Of a DNA stretch of 45,670 bases, positions 8,635 through 17,815 are shown in pieces (position 1 is the stretch's first letter; each line of letters opens with the position of its first letter). The position numbers were made by a program, and so were the translations under genes. A model generated the notes under the pieces. That model saw only the letters and a list, made by a program, of their open reading frames with translations, did not search any database and was not told where the DNA came from. Source of the stretch: Candidatus Nealsonbacteria bacterium (lineage in GTDB: Bacteria > Patescibacteriota > Minisyncoccia > Minisyncoccales > PWPS01); the NCBI GenBank assembly GCA_003559635.1, contig PWKU01000016.1, positions 1 through 45,670 of the forward strand. Direction: 5' to 3'.

Positions 8635-8659
8635 AATACACTAATTTGAGGAATAAAAA

Positions 8660-8692
8660 CCCTTTTTGCGTGTTAGCGCGGAGAGGGTTTTT
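8660..8692 (+). terminator. Rho-independent terminator after the acidic protein gene
   Basis: CCCTTTTTGCG (8660-8670) pairs with CGCGGAGAGGG (8677-8687), including G-U pairs, and is followed by TTTTT (8688-8692). Confidence 0.6.
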
Positions 8693-8753
8693 GTCTTGAT
8701 TAAATCCTCCAGATGTGTTATTTTTCTACTACGTTTAAGTTTAATATTTTGAA

Positions 8754-9794
8754 ATGAACAGTTCGCGCAAAATAACAATTATAGTAAGTGTTGTTCTGGG
8801 AGTGATTGGTTTTAGTTATTTGTTTATATATTTAAACAACACATTATTCCCAAGATACGATGTTCCGACACTGCACGAGGGGAGTGTTATTGCTGAAAAT
8901 TGGATAAGGAATCACTCGCAATCTTTTCCTCCTTATGGGAGAGATCTTCAGCTTGAAGCTCGAAAAGAAATAGAGAGAGGAGAATACGAGTTTGCCTTCT
9001 CATTTACTACCGAGGATCCGGAATACGGAACTCATAATAATGAAATGGAAGTTAGGACTAAAAATCTAGAGGTTGTAAGGGCTGTTACCAACGGAATTTT
9101 CGATGAGATAAAAAATGAATATATAGAGGTTCAAGAAACAGTTAAAATGTATCTTGTTTCGGGCGATGATGAAGACAGAAGGGTTGAGGCGGTAGAGAGA
9201 ACAATTTCCGCATCGGTGATAGAAGACATAGAAAGAGTGTTAATTGAAGAACTTCTAAGCGGACCAACGGCTCAGGAGCAGGAAAGGGGGTATTCGACTC
9301 TTATTGAAAGAGAGACTAGACTTCTTTCTTTTCGAGTTGAAGATGGAACAGCTTATGTTGAGCTTAGTATTCCTCTTGACCAGCAAGCGGAACTCGGCAG
9401 GGAGCAGATTGTGAAAACAATAGCTCAGCTTAGTGGAATCACGGAGGTAAGGGCTCCGGAAAGGAGACAGGTGGTCACTCTTGAAATAGAGGGAATCACG
9501 GAAGACTTTGTCTTTGAAAGAGACCTTCAGGAGGGTTCAACTGGAACAGATGTGAAGTATTTGCAAATTGTTCTTAATGCCGATCCGGATACGATTGTCG
9601 CGCAACAAGGTCCAGGATCTCCCGGAGAAGAGGCTGAAAGTTTTGGAGAATCGACAACACGAGCTGTGATGGTCTTCCAGAGGAAATATTCCGATGAGGT
9701 CTTAGAGCCGGCGGGACTGATATTGAGTACGGGGATTGTTGACGAATACACGCGAGATAAGCTTAATTCAATTTTAGAAGAAAGTGCGTGGTAA
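8754..9794 (+). CDS. Membrane-anchored GerMN-domain protein with a C-terminal peptidoglycan-binding (PG_binding_1-like) domain
   Basis: N-terminal TM helix. GerMN-like segment LIEELLSGPTAQEQERGYSTLI...LLSFRVEDGTAYVELS. C-terminal GTDVKYLQIVLNADPD...TTRAVMVFQRKY resembles PG-binding repeats. Confidence 0.7.
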   Translation: MNSSRKITIIVSVVLGVIGFSYLFIYLNNTLFPRYDVPTLHEGSVIAENWIRNHSQSFPPYGRDLQLEARKEIERGEYEFAFSFTTEDPEYGTHNNEMEVRTKNLEVVRAVTNGIFDEIKNEYIEVQETVKMYLVSGDDEDRRVEAVERTISASVIEDIERVLIEELLSGPTAQEQERGYSTLIERETRLLSFRVEDGTAYVELSIPLDQQAELGREQIVKTIAQLSGITEVRAPERRQVVTLEIEGITEDFVFERDLQEGSTGTDVKYLQIVLNADPDTIVAQQGPGSPGEEAESFGESTTRAVMVFQRKYSDEVLEPAGLILSTGIVDEYTRDKLNSILEESAW

Positions 9795-9851
9795 AATATA
9801 TGTTTTTTGTTTTAAAAAGGTCGAGATAATAGTTGTAAACAAAATAAAATT

Positions 9852-10628
9852 ATGATTAACAAATTATTAATTGGAATAGTAATTATCGTAGTAGTTGTTG
9901 TAATTGGTTTCGCTATTTCCACTCTGGAAGCGCCGGAAACGCTTGATGATGATGTTGTTGATGAATATATCACCATTGTCGAGGAGTGGATTGGGGAAAA
10001 TGCAAAAACCTATACGGAAAGAGGAGGTTCTGACTTGGAGTATATCCGGGCTGTAGAAGTTGAGGAAGATGTTTACGAACTGACTTTCGACTTCAATGCA
10101 AATTTTGCAGGATATGGAGAAGTGGGCGAAGATGAGATGGCGGCACAAGTCATTACTCCCCACACCATTGTGGTTACAGTAGAAGACGGGGAAGTGTTTA
10201 AAGCCATCACTAATGAAGTGTATGACGAAATAAACGAAGAAATGATTGATCCTGAAGCGGGGGTTAAGGTTGACGTTTATTTCGCAATCGTTGAAGATGG
10301 TATGGAAGAAGTCTCTTCCGTAGAACGTGAACTTTCCACTTCGCAAGATATAGAAGAAAACACTGTCTATGAACTTTTGGCTGGACCTACTCAGGACGAA
10401 GAAGATGAGGGTTACTTTACGGCAATAGATGAAGGAACAATACTGCTGTCGTTCCATGTTGAAAATGGAGTGGCTTACCCGGACTTTAGCTCCGAATTGG
10501 ATGCTTCCGGTTCTGCTACCGTTATGATGATTCGAGAACAAATCGAAAACACGCTTCTTCAGTTTGAGAATGTGGAAGAGGTTGAAATCTCAATTGAAGG
10601 AGAGAGTGAAGGAATTCTACAGCCCTAA
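9852..10628 (+). CDS. Membrane-anchored GerMN-domain protein, paralog of the upstream gene without the PG-binding domain
   Basis: N-terminal TM helix. The N-domain EEWIGENAKTYTERGGSDLEY...YELTFDF parallels ENWIRNHSQSFPPYGRDLQLE...YEFAFSF in the neighbouring gene. GerMN-like VYELLAGPTQDEEDEGYFTAI...LLSFHVENGVAYPDFS. Confidence 0.7.
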   Translation: MINKLLIGIVIIVVVVVIGFAISTLEAPETLDDDVVDEYITIVEEWIGENAKTYTERGGSDLEYIRAVEVEEDVYELTFDFNANFAGYGEVGEDEMAAQVITPHTIVVTVEDGEVFKAITNEVYDEINEEMIDPEAGVKVDVYFAIVEDGMEEVSSVERELSTSQDIEENTVYELLAGPTQDEEDEGYFTAIDEGTILLSFHVENGVAYPDFSSELDASGSATVMMIREQIENTLLQFENVEEVEISIEGESEGILQP

Positions 10629-10657
10629 TTTTGAAGGGGTAGTTTAGAAAGAGAAAG

Positions 10658-10686
10658 CGGCAAAATCTTGCCGTTTTCTTTTTTTG
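10658..10686 (+). terminator. Rho-independent terminator after the GerMN pair
   Basis: CGGCAA (10658-10663), loop AATC, TTGCCG (10668-10673), followed by TTTTCTTTTTTT. Confidence 0.55.
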
Positions 10687-10712
10687 GTGTTATTTTGTAA
10701 AAAACATCTATT

Positions 10713-11567
10713 ATGAAAAACCCTAAACTTGGCGCACACATTTCCGCTTCCGGAGGTCTGGGAAAAAGTATCCAAAGAGCAGAAGAGGTGGGCGCCGAAT
10801 GTATTCAAATTTTTGCAGGAAGTCCCCGTCGATACGAGGTTGCTTCTATTGGGGAGAAAGAAAAAAACTATTTTCAAGGAGAGTTACAAGAAAAAAGGAT
10901 ATACCCGGTTTATATCCACGCAAGCTATTTATTAAATCTTGCCTCCGAAAATCGATATATAAAGGAAAGGTCGCTAGAAAGCGTTAAAGAATCACTTAAG
11001 CTTTGTTCTTTTCTGGGATTGCAGGGGGTGGTCTACCATCCCGGATCTCCAAAAGGGGGAGATAAGAACATGGCCATTGAAAGAGAAATAGAGTGTATAA
11101 AAAAGATTCTCAAGGAGACCCCCGAAGATGCAATTCTTGTTATAGAAAATACCGCGGGGGAGAAAAAAATAGGGACAAATCCAAAAGAAGTAGGATATAT
11201 TTTTAAAGAAGTAAGATCTTCACGACTTAAGGTCTGCATTGATACTGCCCACTCTCTTGAATCGGGGAATATCAAAGAGTTTAAAGATGAGCAAATCAAG
11301 CAGTGGATGAATGATTGGAATAATGAGGTTGGGCTTGAAAACATTTCTCTTTTTCATATAAATTATTCCCAAACGAAAGCGGAATCTCGGCATGACCGCC
11401 ATGCAAACCTAGGTGAAGGTTATATTGGGCTTTCCGGGCTTAAGAACTTAATGAGAAATAAGAATGCAAGTAGGTTCCCATGGATTATAGAGGTTCCCGG
11501 CTTTGATGGGAAAGGACCGGATAAGAAGAATTTGGATATTCTTAAGGAGATGCGCGAAAGTTTGTAA
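10713..11567 (+). CDS. nfo: Endonuclease IV (AP endonuclease, TIM-barrel, Zn-dependent)
   Basis: HASYLLNL, VYHPGS, IENTAGE, CIDTAHS and HDRHANLGEG segments match the Nfo metal-ligand blocks. Confidence 0.9.
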   Translation: MKNPKLGAHISASGGLGKSIQRAEEVGAECIQIFAGSPRRYEVASIGEKEKNYFQGELQEKRIYPVYIHASYLLNLASENRYIKERSLESVKESLKLCSFLGLQGVVYHPGSPKGGDKNMAIEREIECIKKILKETPEDAILVIENTAGEKKIGTNPKEVGYIFKEVRSSRLKVCIDTAHSLESGNIKEFKDEQIKQWMNDWNNEVGLENISLFHINYSQTKAESRHDRHANLGEGYIGLSGLKNLMRNKNASRFPWIIEVPGFDGKGPDKKNLDILKEMRESL

Positions 11568-11600
11568 AAATTTTACCACGTTGTGTTGACTCGAATATTT

Positions 11601-11629
11601 TTGACTTTTTGTTCTTCAAAATATAGAAT
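11601..11629 (+). promoter_or_regulatory. Putative promoter; spacing implies a leaderless start at 11636
   Basis: TTGACT (11601-11606), 17 nt, TAGAAT (11624-11629), then 6 nt to the ATG at 11636. Confidence 0.5.
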
Positions 11630-11635
11630 GAAAGA

Positions 11636-11938
11636 ATGAGACAAATTATGGATTTTTATAAAATTACGGAAGTTGTTATTGATGGTATAACGAAGGGGAA
11701 AGAGATAGAGATCTATTACCCGAGAACAGAGAATAGAGAGGAGGGTTGGCGTAAGGTTGTTCCAAAGAGCATTACTACCGATATTCCTCCAAACGGGGAA
11801 AAGCTTGTTGCGGGAAAAGATAGGCTCAGTCCGGGGCATATTCTAAATGCGGTTGATTCGGATTCGGAAAATGAAGGGGTAAAATCGTTTATTATAGGAA
11901 AAGTAAAAAAGGCTCGTAAATTAAATAAAGATGGATGA
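11636..11938 (+). CDS. Small hypothetical protein (100 aa) with a weak WYL/SH3-like beta-barrel resemblance
   Basis: The ORF overlaps the kinase start by 8 nt (ATGGATGA). The pattern EIEIYYPR...WRKVVPKSI...ILNAVD...VKSFIIGKVKKARKL loosely resembles WYL-type domains. This is a by-eye comparison only. Confidence 0.5.
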   Translation: MRQIMDFYKITEVVIDGITKGKEIEIYYPRTENREEGWRKVVPKSITTDIPPNGEKLVAGKDRLSPGHILNAVDSDSENEGVKSFIIGKVKKARKLNKDG

Positions 11939-13379
11939 AAAATATAGATTAATTGTTGAGGGGGCCAAAGATGCAATAATTATAATTAGTGAAGGTCTTA
12001 TCAGTTATATTAATCCTTACGGTGCACAAGAGTTGGGGTATTCAAGAGAAGAAATGATTGGAAACAACTTTCTTGATTTTGTTGGAGAATCTTCCAAAAA
12101 GACTGTCGAGGAGAATTACAGAAGAACACTGGGTGAGAAACAAACATTTCTTTATGAAGCTGATTTTCAAAAAAAGGACGGAAGCTTGATCCCGGCCGAG
12201 ATTCGCGCCCAAAAGGTAGAGCTCGACGGAAAGTCCGCCGATTTGGTTTTTATAAGAGATATTCGTAAAAGGAAAAAAGCCGAAGAAGTTTTTCATCTTC
12301 AAGAAGAAAGGTTTCATACGGTGACGGAAAACATTCCCGATGTTGTTGCACGCTTTGACAGGGACTCGCGTTATGTTTACATAAACGCTGCCGGAGAAAA
12401 GGTAATGGGAAAGTCAAAGGAAGAGATTTTTTGGAAGACAGACGAAGATTTGGGCGTCCAAAGAGAAAAGGCGGAAGCATTTAAAGATGCGATAGGCCTT
12501 GTTTTTGAGAAGAAAGAAAAAAAGACATTTTATAGTGAGACGGTAGTTAATGGAGAACGAAAATATTTTTATACGGTTCTGGTTCCGGAGTTTTTAAAAG
12601 ACGGAGAGGTTAATTCGGTGCTTAGTATCACGAGAGATATTACCGAAATAAGAGAACTTGACCAAGTAAAGTCAGAATTTATTTCTATTACCTCGCATCA
12701 GCTACGGTCTCCACTTTCTGTCATAAACTGGTGTGCACTTTCCTTATTAAGGGGAGAAGTGGGAGATGTCAAGGAAGAGCAACAAGAATACTTGGAGAGA
12801 ATCCATGAGTCGGCAAGGAAGTTAATCAAAGTCTCGGATGTTTTCTTGAATACGACAATGCTGGATCTGGAAATGCTTGTTTTTAATCCACGCAATATAG
12901 ATATTGTTACCACCGGTGAAGAAACCATAAGAGAATTTGAACATATAATCAAACGGAAGAAGATTAAATTTACAAAGGATTATAATAATCTTTCGATGAT
13001 CAAATTTGATCCGCGTATCTTAAAGATTATCTTTCGGGGAATGATTTCAAATGCTCTTGAATATACTCCTGAAGGTGGCACGGTGGAACTTATAATAAAA
13101 AAAGATAATACCGGCAAATATCTCCTTATGGAGTTTGGAGATGATGGTTGCGGAGTTCCACAGGACGATCAAAAGAAAATTTTTACCAAATTTTACCGGG
13201 CGGAGCCGGCAAGAAATATTCAATCTTATGGAACAGGATTGGATCTTTACTTGATTAAATCGGTTTTGGAAAAAATCGGGGGGAGTGTCGAAGTAGTTTC
13301 TCCTAATCCTAAATTTCAGCGGGGCGTAGTCTTTTATATAAAGATTCCGCTTTTAGAAGAGAAGGAAACAATTTCATAA
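11931..13379 (+). CDS. PAS-domain sensor histidine kinase (cytoplasmic; no cognate response regulator in this window)
   Basis: Two PAS-like segments, H-box ITSHQLRSPLSVI, N-box ISNALEYTPEGG, G1 DDGCGVP, G2 GTGLDLYL. No TM helices. Confidence 0.85.
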   Translation: MDEKYRLIVEGAKDAIIIISEGLISYINPYGAQELGYSREEMIGNNFLDFVGESSKKTVEENYRRTLGEKQTFLYEADFQKKDGSLIPAEIRAQKVELDGKSADLVFIRDIRKRKKAEEVFHLQEERFHTVTENIPDVVARFDRDSRYVYINAAGEKVMGKSKEEIFWKTDEDLGVQREKAEAFKDAIGLVFEKKEKKTFYSETVVNGERKYFYTVLVPEFLKDGEVNSVLSITRDITEIRELDQVKSEFISITSHQLRSPLSVINWCALSLLRGEVGDVKEEQQEYLERIHESARKLIKVSDVFLNTTMLDLEMLVFNPRNIDIVTTGEETIREFEHIIKRKKIKFTKDYNNLSMIKFDPRILKIIFRGMISNALEYTPEGGTVELIIKKDNTGKYLLMEFGDDGCGVPQDDQKKIFTKFYRAEPARNIQSYGTGLDLYLIKSVLEKIGGSVEVVSPNPKFQRGVVFYIKIPLLEEKETIS

Positions 13380-13390
13380 TTGTAAATTAG

Positions 13391-16300
13391 ATGAATTTTG
13401 ATAAAAGGTATCAAGGACTTAACGATACCCAGCGTCTTGCGGTTGATCATATTGAAGGGCCCCTTCTTGTTGTTGCCGGCCCGGGATCGGGAAAGACAGA
13501 GATTTTGGGTATCAGAGCGGGCAATATCTTAAAGAAAACAGACACTCCACCGGAGAGTATTCTTTGCCTTACCTACACAGAGACAGCCTCTTCAAATATG
13601 AAGGAAAGGCTTATTGACCTTATAGGAGAAGATGGGCACAAGGTGCCTGTGCACACTTTTCACGGATTTTGCAAAAAGATAATGGAATCCTACCCGGAAT
13701 ATTTTTTGAAGGGTTCTTTTTTTAATGTGGCGGACGATGCTACAAAAACCGGAATTTTATCCGATATTTTAGATGATTTAGATTACAAAGATCCGTTATA
13801 TGGTATTCATCCAAAGAAGGGGCATATTTACTTAAATGCGGTAAAAGAGGGAATTACGCAGCTTAAAGAAAGCGGATTAACGGTAAGTGAATTTCGGGAA
13901 GTAATCAAGAAAAATCGAGAGTTTTTTGAAAAATCAAAAGAAGATGTTGACGAAGTTTTTGGAGAAAGAGTAAGTAAGGAAATTTTTTCAAAGATTAGGG
14001 ATTTGGTACAAAAATTCAGAGAAGAAGACAGGTTTATCCTAAGCCATGTTAAGTCTTTTCCTCACGTCATAGCCGATTCACTGGAGGGGCCTCTTGCGAC
14101 GGGGGATACGACAGAAATCTCGGGATGGAAAGGTTTATGGACCAAAAATGTAGGGGGAAAGAGAGTTTTTAAGAATTTTCCGGACATAGAAAAGATGGAA
14201 AGTTTGGCTGATATTTACGAGAAATATAAAAATAAGATGTATGATGAAGGATATTATGAGTTTCTTGATATGCTTCTTGATGTTGCCGTGGAAATTGAAA
14301 ATAACGGTGTTCTTAAAAGTGAGCTTCAAGAGAAGTACTTATATTTTTTAGTTGATGAGTTTCAGGACACAAACGGAATTCAGATGCGTATTTTGAACCT
14401 TTTAGCCGAAGATGAAAAAGACAAGAAACCCAATATTTGCGTTGTAGGAGATGACGACCAAGCAATTTACAAGTTTCAGGGAGCAGAGATATCTAATATT
14501 TTGAATTTTAAAGAAAGATATCCGAGCACGGAAATAATTACTCTGGTGAAAAGTTATCGGTCAGAACAGAAAATTCTTGACTTGGCACGAAAAGTTATTT
14601 TGAAGGGAGAAAAGAGGCTTGAAAATCTTGTCGAAAAAATCGATAAAAACATTGTTTCCGAAATCGGGAGTGGAGGAGATGTGGTCTGCAAGACATTTAG
14701 GACAAAAGAGGAAGAGTTTACATTCATCGCGCGCAGTGTGAAGGAAAGACTGGAAATGGGCGTAGATCCGGAAGAAATCGCGGTGATCGGAAGGACTCAC
14801 AAGACACTCAGAGAAATCGGGCACTTTTTTTCTCGTTTAGAAATTCCCACATACTCGGAAAGAAAAGAAAATGTATTGGAGAAAGAGCACGTCAGACAGA
14901 TAATCACGATTATAAAATTTGCATCTCTTTTTTTGGAAGGGGATAGGAAAACGGCGGAAGAACTTCTCCCGGAGATACTAAGTTATCCTTTTTGGAAAAT
15001 TCCAAGAAAAAAAATATTAGATATTTCAGTTAAATCATATATTGAGAGAAAGAGCTGGCTTGTGTGCATGGAGGAAGAAAACCTTTCAAGCGTTGCCGAA
15101 TTTCTATTGGATTTCTCTGTAAAAGCGAAAAGCAAATCTCTTGAAGAAATGGTTGATATTATTATTAATTCACAAAGGGCTCCTTTTAAAGAATTTTATT
15201 TTTCAAAAGAAAATTTTCAAAAAAGGAAAAGTGACTATTTGGATTTTCTTTCTTCTCTGAAACGTTTTGTAAAAGGAGTAAAAGACTTTCGGGCGGGAAA
15301 GTTTATAAAAGCAAAAGACTTGCCCGGGTTTTTGGAGATTTATGAAAAGAATGAAATACCAATGCTTAATAAGAACCCGCTTGTCTTAGAGGAAGGGGCG
15401 GTACCTCTTATGACAGCGCACAATGTCAAAGGAAAGGAGTTTGATACTGTTTTTATTCTAAATTGCCAAAAAGAGGAATGGGGTGTTGCCAAGGGAAAAC
15501 AAAAGATATCGCTTCCACCCAACACTCCTTTCAAGAGAGCCGGGGATGACAGAGATGACAGGCTACGCCTTTTTTATGTTGCTCTTACCAGAGCGAAAAA
15601 CCGTCTTTGCCTTGTTTCTTATGAAAAAGAGGAAGAAGGAAGGAATTTAACACCCTTGGAGTTCTTGAGCGACCTTAAGGCGGAGAAAATAGAGGAAAGC
15701 GTTGATGAAGAGGCTGTTAAAAATTATTTCTTTTCTCCTTATTCTCCACCTTTCTGTAAAAAAGAGAGGGATTTTCTTCTTCCTTTGGTAAAACAACACA
15801 AGCTTAGTGCCACCGGACTCAACAGGTATTTAGATACTACAGAAGGTGGTCCCCAGAATTTTTTAGAAGAAAACATTTTACGTTTTCCGAAGAAAAAAGC
15901 TCCCCCTCTCTCCTACGGCACAGCGGTACACAACACTATAATGGAGATGTATGTTGAGGCAAAGAAGGCTGGCGGGTTTCCAAAAAAAGAAAAGCTGTTG
16001 AAATTCTTTGAGAACTATCTTTCAGAAGAGAGGCTCTCCGAGCGTGATTTTGAAAAACTCTTGGAGCAAGGAAAGGAAGAAATTGCCTTTTTTTACAAAA
16101 ATAAAAGAAGAGAGTTTTCTCTTGATCACTTAATTGAGAAAAACTTTAAAGATGAAAAATGTTTTATAGAGAGTATTGAGATTACGGGAAAAATTGACAA
16201 AATTATTAAGAAAGACGGCGAAATAACGGTTTCGGATTTTAAAACCGGAAACCCGTTGAAAGACTGGAAGGGGAAAAATGAATACGAAAAAATAAAGCTG

Positions 16301-16600
16301 TGGAGGTGTAAAAATCAACTTGTTTTTTACAAACTCTTGATTGAAACTTCAAAAGAATTTAAGGGAAAATATTTTATGTCATCCGGAAGTTTGGAGTTTA
16401 TAAAGCCCACCAAAGAAGGGGAGTTAGCTACTTTGTTTTTAGAAATAAAAGAGGAAGATGAAGAAAGATTAAGGCATCTTATTAAAATAGTGGGGGAGAA
16501 AATAAAAAAGCTTGAATTTCCTTCAGTCGAAGAATATAAGAAAAGCACGGTAAAAGAAATCAGGAGATTTGAAGAAGATCTTCTTGCCGGAAAAATATAA
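13391..16600 (+). CDS. UvrD/Rep-type SF1 helicase fused to a C-terminal PD-(D/E)XK (RecB-family) nuclease, AddA/RecB-like
   Basis: GPGSGKTE (motif I), VDEFQDTN (II), VGDDDQAIYKFQGA (III), SYRS, MTAHNVKGKEFDTVF (V), LFYVALTRAKNRL (VI). C-terminal GKIDKIIKKDGEITVSDFKTG...NQLVFYKLL is the nuclease motif. Confidence 0.85.
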   Translation: MNFDKRYQGLNDTQRLAVDHIEGPLLVVAGPGSGKTEILGIRAGNILKKTDTPPESILCLTYTETASSNMKERLIDLIGEDGHKVPVHTFHGFCKKIMESYPEYFLKGSFFNVADDATKTGILSDILDDLDYKDPLYGIHPKKGHIYLNAVKEGITQLKESGLTVSEFREVIKKNREFFEKSKEDVDEVFGERVSKEIFSKIRDLVQKFREEDRFILSHVKSFPHVIADSLEGPLATGDTTEISGWKGLWTKNVGGKRVFKNFPDIEKMESLADIYEKYKNKMYDEGYYEFLDMLLDVAVEIENNGVLKSELQEKYLYFLVDEFQDTNGIQMRILNLLAEDEKDKKPNICVVGDDDQAIYKFQGAEISNILNFKERYPSTEIITLVKSYRSEQKILDLARKVILKGEKRLENLVEKIDKNIVSEIGSGGDVVCKTFRTKEEEFTFIARSVKERLEMGVDPEEIAVIGRTHKTLREIGHFFSRLEIPTYSERKENVLEKEHVRQIITIIKFASLFLEGDRKTAEELLPEILSYPFWKIPRKKILDISVKSYIERKSWLVCMEEENLSSVAEFLLDFSVKAKSKSLEEMVDIIINSQRAPFKEFYFSKENFQKRKSDYLDFLSSLKRFVKGVKDFRAGKFIKAKDLPGFLEIYEKNEIPMLNKNPLVLEEGAVPLMTAHNVKGKEFDTVFILNCQKEEWGVAKGKQKISLPPNTPFKRAGDDRDDRLRLFYVALTRAKNRLCLVSYEKEEEGRNLTPLEFLSDLKAEKIEESVDEEAVKNYFFSPYSPPFCKKERDFLLPLVKQHKLSATGLNRYLDTTEGGPQNFLEENILRFPKKKAPPLSYGTAVHNTIMEMYVEAKKAGGFPKKEKLLKFFENYLSEERLSERDFEKLLEQGKEEIAFFYKNKRREFSLDHLIEKNFKDEKCFIESIEITGKIDKIIKKDGEITVSDFKTGNPLKDWKGKNEYEKIKLWRCKNQLVFYKLLIETSKEFKGKYFMSSGSLEFIKPTKEGELATLFLEIKEEDEERLRHLIKIVGEKIKKLEFPSVEEYKKSTVKEIRRFEEDLLAGKI

Positions 16601-16657
16601 ATAAATTCACCCAAAAAGTTGAGCTAAGCCCGGTTTGGCCCAACACGGGGAATTGAT

Positions 16658-17719
16658 ATGGGAAATAGTAAGAAGAAAAAAGAAAATATTATTCTACATA
16701 TTGATATGGATTATTTCTTCGCTCAAATCGAGGAGAGGGAAAATCCGCAGTTCAAAGGAAAGCCGGTTGTTGTTGGCGCCGACCCGAAAGAAGGGAAGGG
16801 CAGAGGGGTGGTTTCAACCTGTAATTATGAAGCACGGAAGTTTGGTATAAAATCGGGAATGCCGATATCGAGAGCTTATAAACTATGTCCCCAAGCTATT
16901 TTTCTTCCGGTAAATATGCAGCTTTACAAAAGGGTTTCCCGCGCAGTTTTTCAAATCGCTCAAAAGTTTTCTTCAAAGATGGAAAGAGTTTCCTTAGACG
17001 AAGCCTATATTGACCTTACCGGGAGAGTTGGAAGTTATAAAGAGGCTCGAAGAGAAGGGGAAGATCTTCGGAAAATTGTTTTCGAAAAAGAAAGGCTGAC
17101 TTGCAGTATAGGAGTTTCTAAAAACAAGATGATGGCAAAGATTGCCTGCGAGCTAGCAAAGCCTGATGGGATAAGAATTATCACTCCCGTGCAAGCTGCC
17201 AAAACAATAGCAAGCATGAAAGTGGAAACCATACCCGGGATAGGGCCCAAAACAAGGCAATTTATCGAGAAAAAATTAAAAAAGAAAGATCCACAAATCA
17301 GGGATGCTCTTGTATTTTCGAAAAGTGAACTAGCAGATTTTTTCGGAAAGAGAGGAGAAGAATTTTATTATAAGCTTCGGGGAATTGACAAATCTCCCGT
17401 AGAGGAAAAAAAAGAGGCGAAGTCTGTAGGAAAGGAGCATACATTCCAGAAGGATACCAGGGATGCAAAGATGATTATAAAAGTTTTTAAGAGGCTTGTT
17501 GGTGATGTCCATAGCCAAGTGAAAGATAAGAAGATAAACGGATTAACAGTTGTTTGCCGCTATGAAGATTTTGAGACACATACAAAACAAATATCTTTTG
17601 ATGCCGGAAAATATACCGAAGAGTTTTTATACAAAAAAAGCATTTCGCTACTTTTGAAATTTCTAACACAAAGCAATAAAAAAATTCGTCTCATTGGTTT
17701 CAGAGTAAAGATTGCTTAA
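16658..17719 (+). CDS. dinB: DNA polymerase IV (Y-family translesion polymerase)
   Basis: ILHIDMDYFFAQIEE, SLDEAYIDLT, IGVSKNKMMAKIA and IPGIGPKT blocks. Confidence 0.9.
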   Translation: MGNSKKKKENIILHIDMDYFFAQIEERENPQFKGKPVVVGADPKEGKGRGVVSTCNYEARKFGIKSGMPISRAYKLCPQAIFLPVNMQLYKRVSRAVFQIAQKFSSKMERVSLDEAYIDLTGRVGSYKEARREGEDLRKIVFEKERLTCSIGVSKNKMMAKIACELAKPDGIRIITPVQAAKTIASMKVETIPGIGPKTRQFIEKKLKKKDPQIRDALVFSKSELADFFGKRGEEFYYKLRGIDKSPVEEKKEAKSVGKEHTFQKDTRDAKMIIKVFKRLVGDVHSQVKDKKINGLTVVCRYEDFETHTKQISFDAGKYTEEFLYKKSISLLLKFLTQSNKKIRLIGFRVKIA

Positions 17720-17746
17720 TACCCGATAATTATCCAAAGAAAAAGC

Positions 17747-17779
17747 AAATCCAAACGGCGGTTTGGGTTTTTTCTTTTA
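17747..17779 (+). terminator. Rho-independent terminator after dinB
   Basis: AAATCCAAAC (17747-17756), loop GGCG, GTTTGGGTTT (17761-17770), followed by TTTCTTTT. Confidence 0.6.
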
Positions 17780-17815
17780 TTTGTTATATACTGGCAAAGT
17801 TAATTATGAAAAATT

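Noticed and set aside
8408-8641. A 77 aa minus-strand ORF antisense to the acidic repeat gene
   Set aside because: It is a repeat-derived shadow ORF (LRRLRLLHPF repeats).
9867-10541. A 224 aa minus-strand ORF antisense to the GerMN gene
   Set aside because: It is a low-complexity F/I/N-rich translation with no family resemblance, fully embedded in a well-supported + strand gene. It is typical of shadow ORFs in AT-rich DNA.
6762-16600. A possible Gabija-like (GajA OLD nuclease plus GajB UvrD helicase) or class 2 OLD system, since the window contains an OLD nuclease and two UvrD-type helicases
   Set aside because: The nearest helicase gene starts more than 5 kb from the OLD gene, on the opposite strand. 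Five unrelated genes separate them, each with its own promoter or terminator. Known OLD-helicase systems are adjacent and co-directional.
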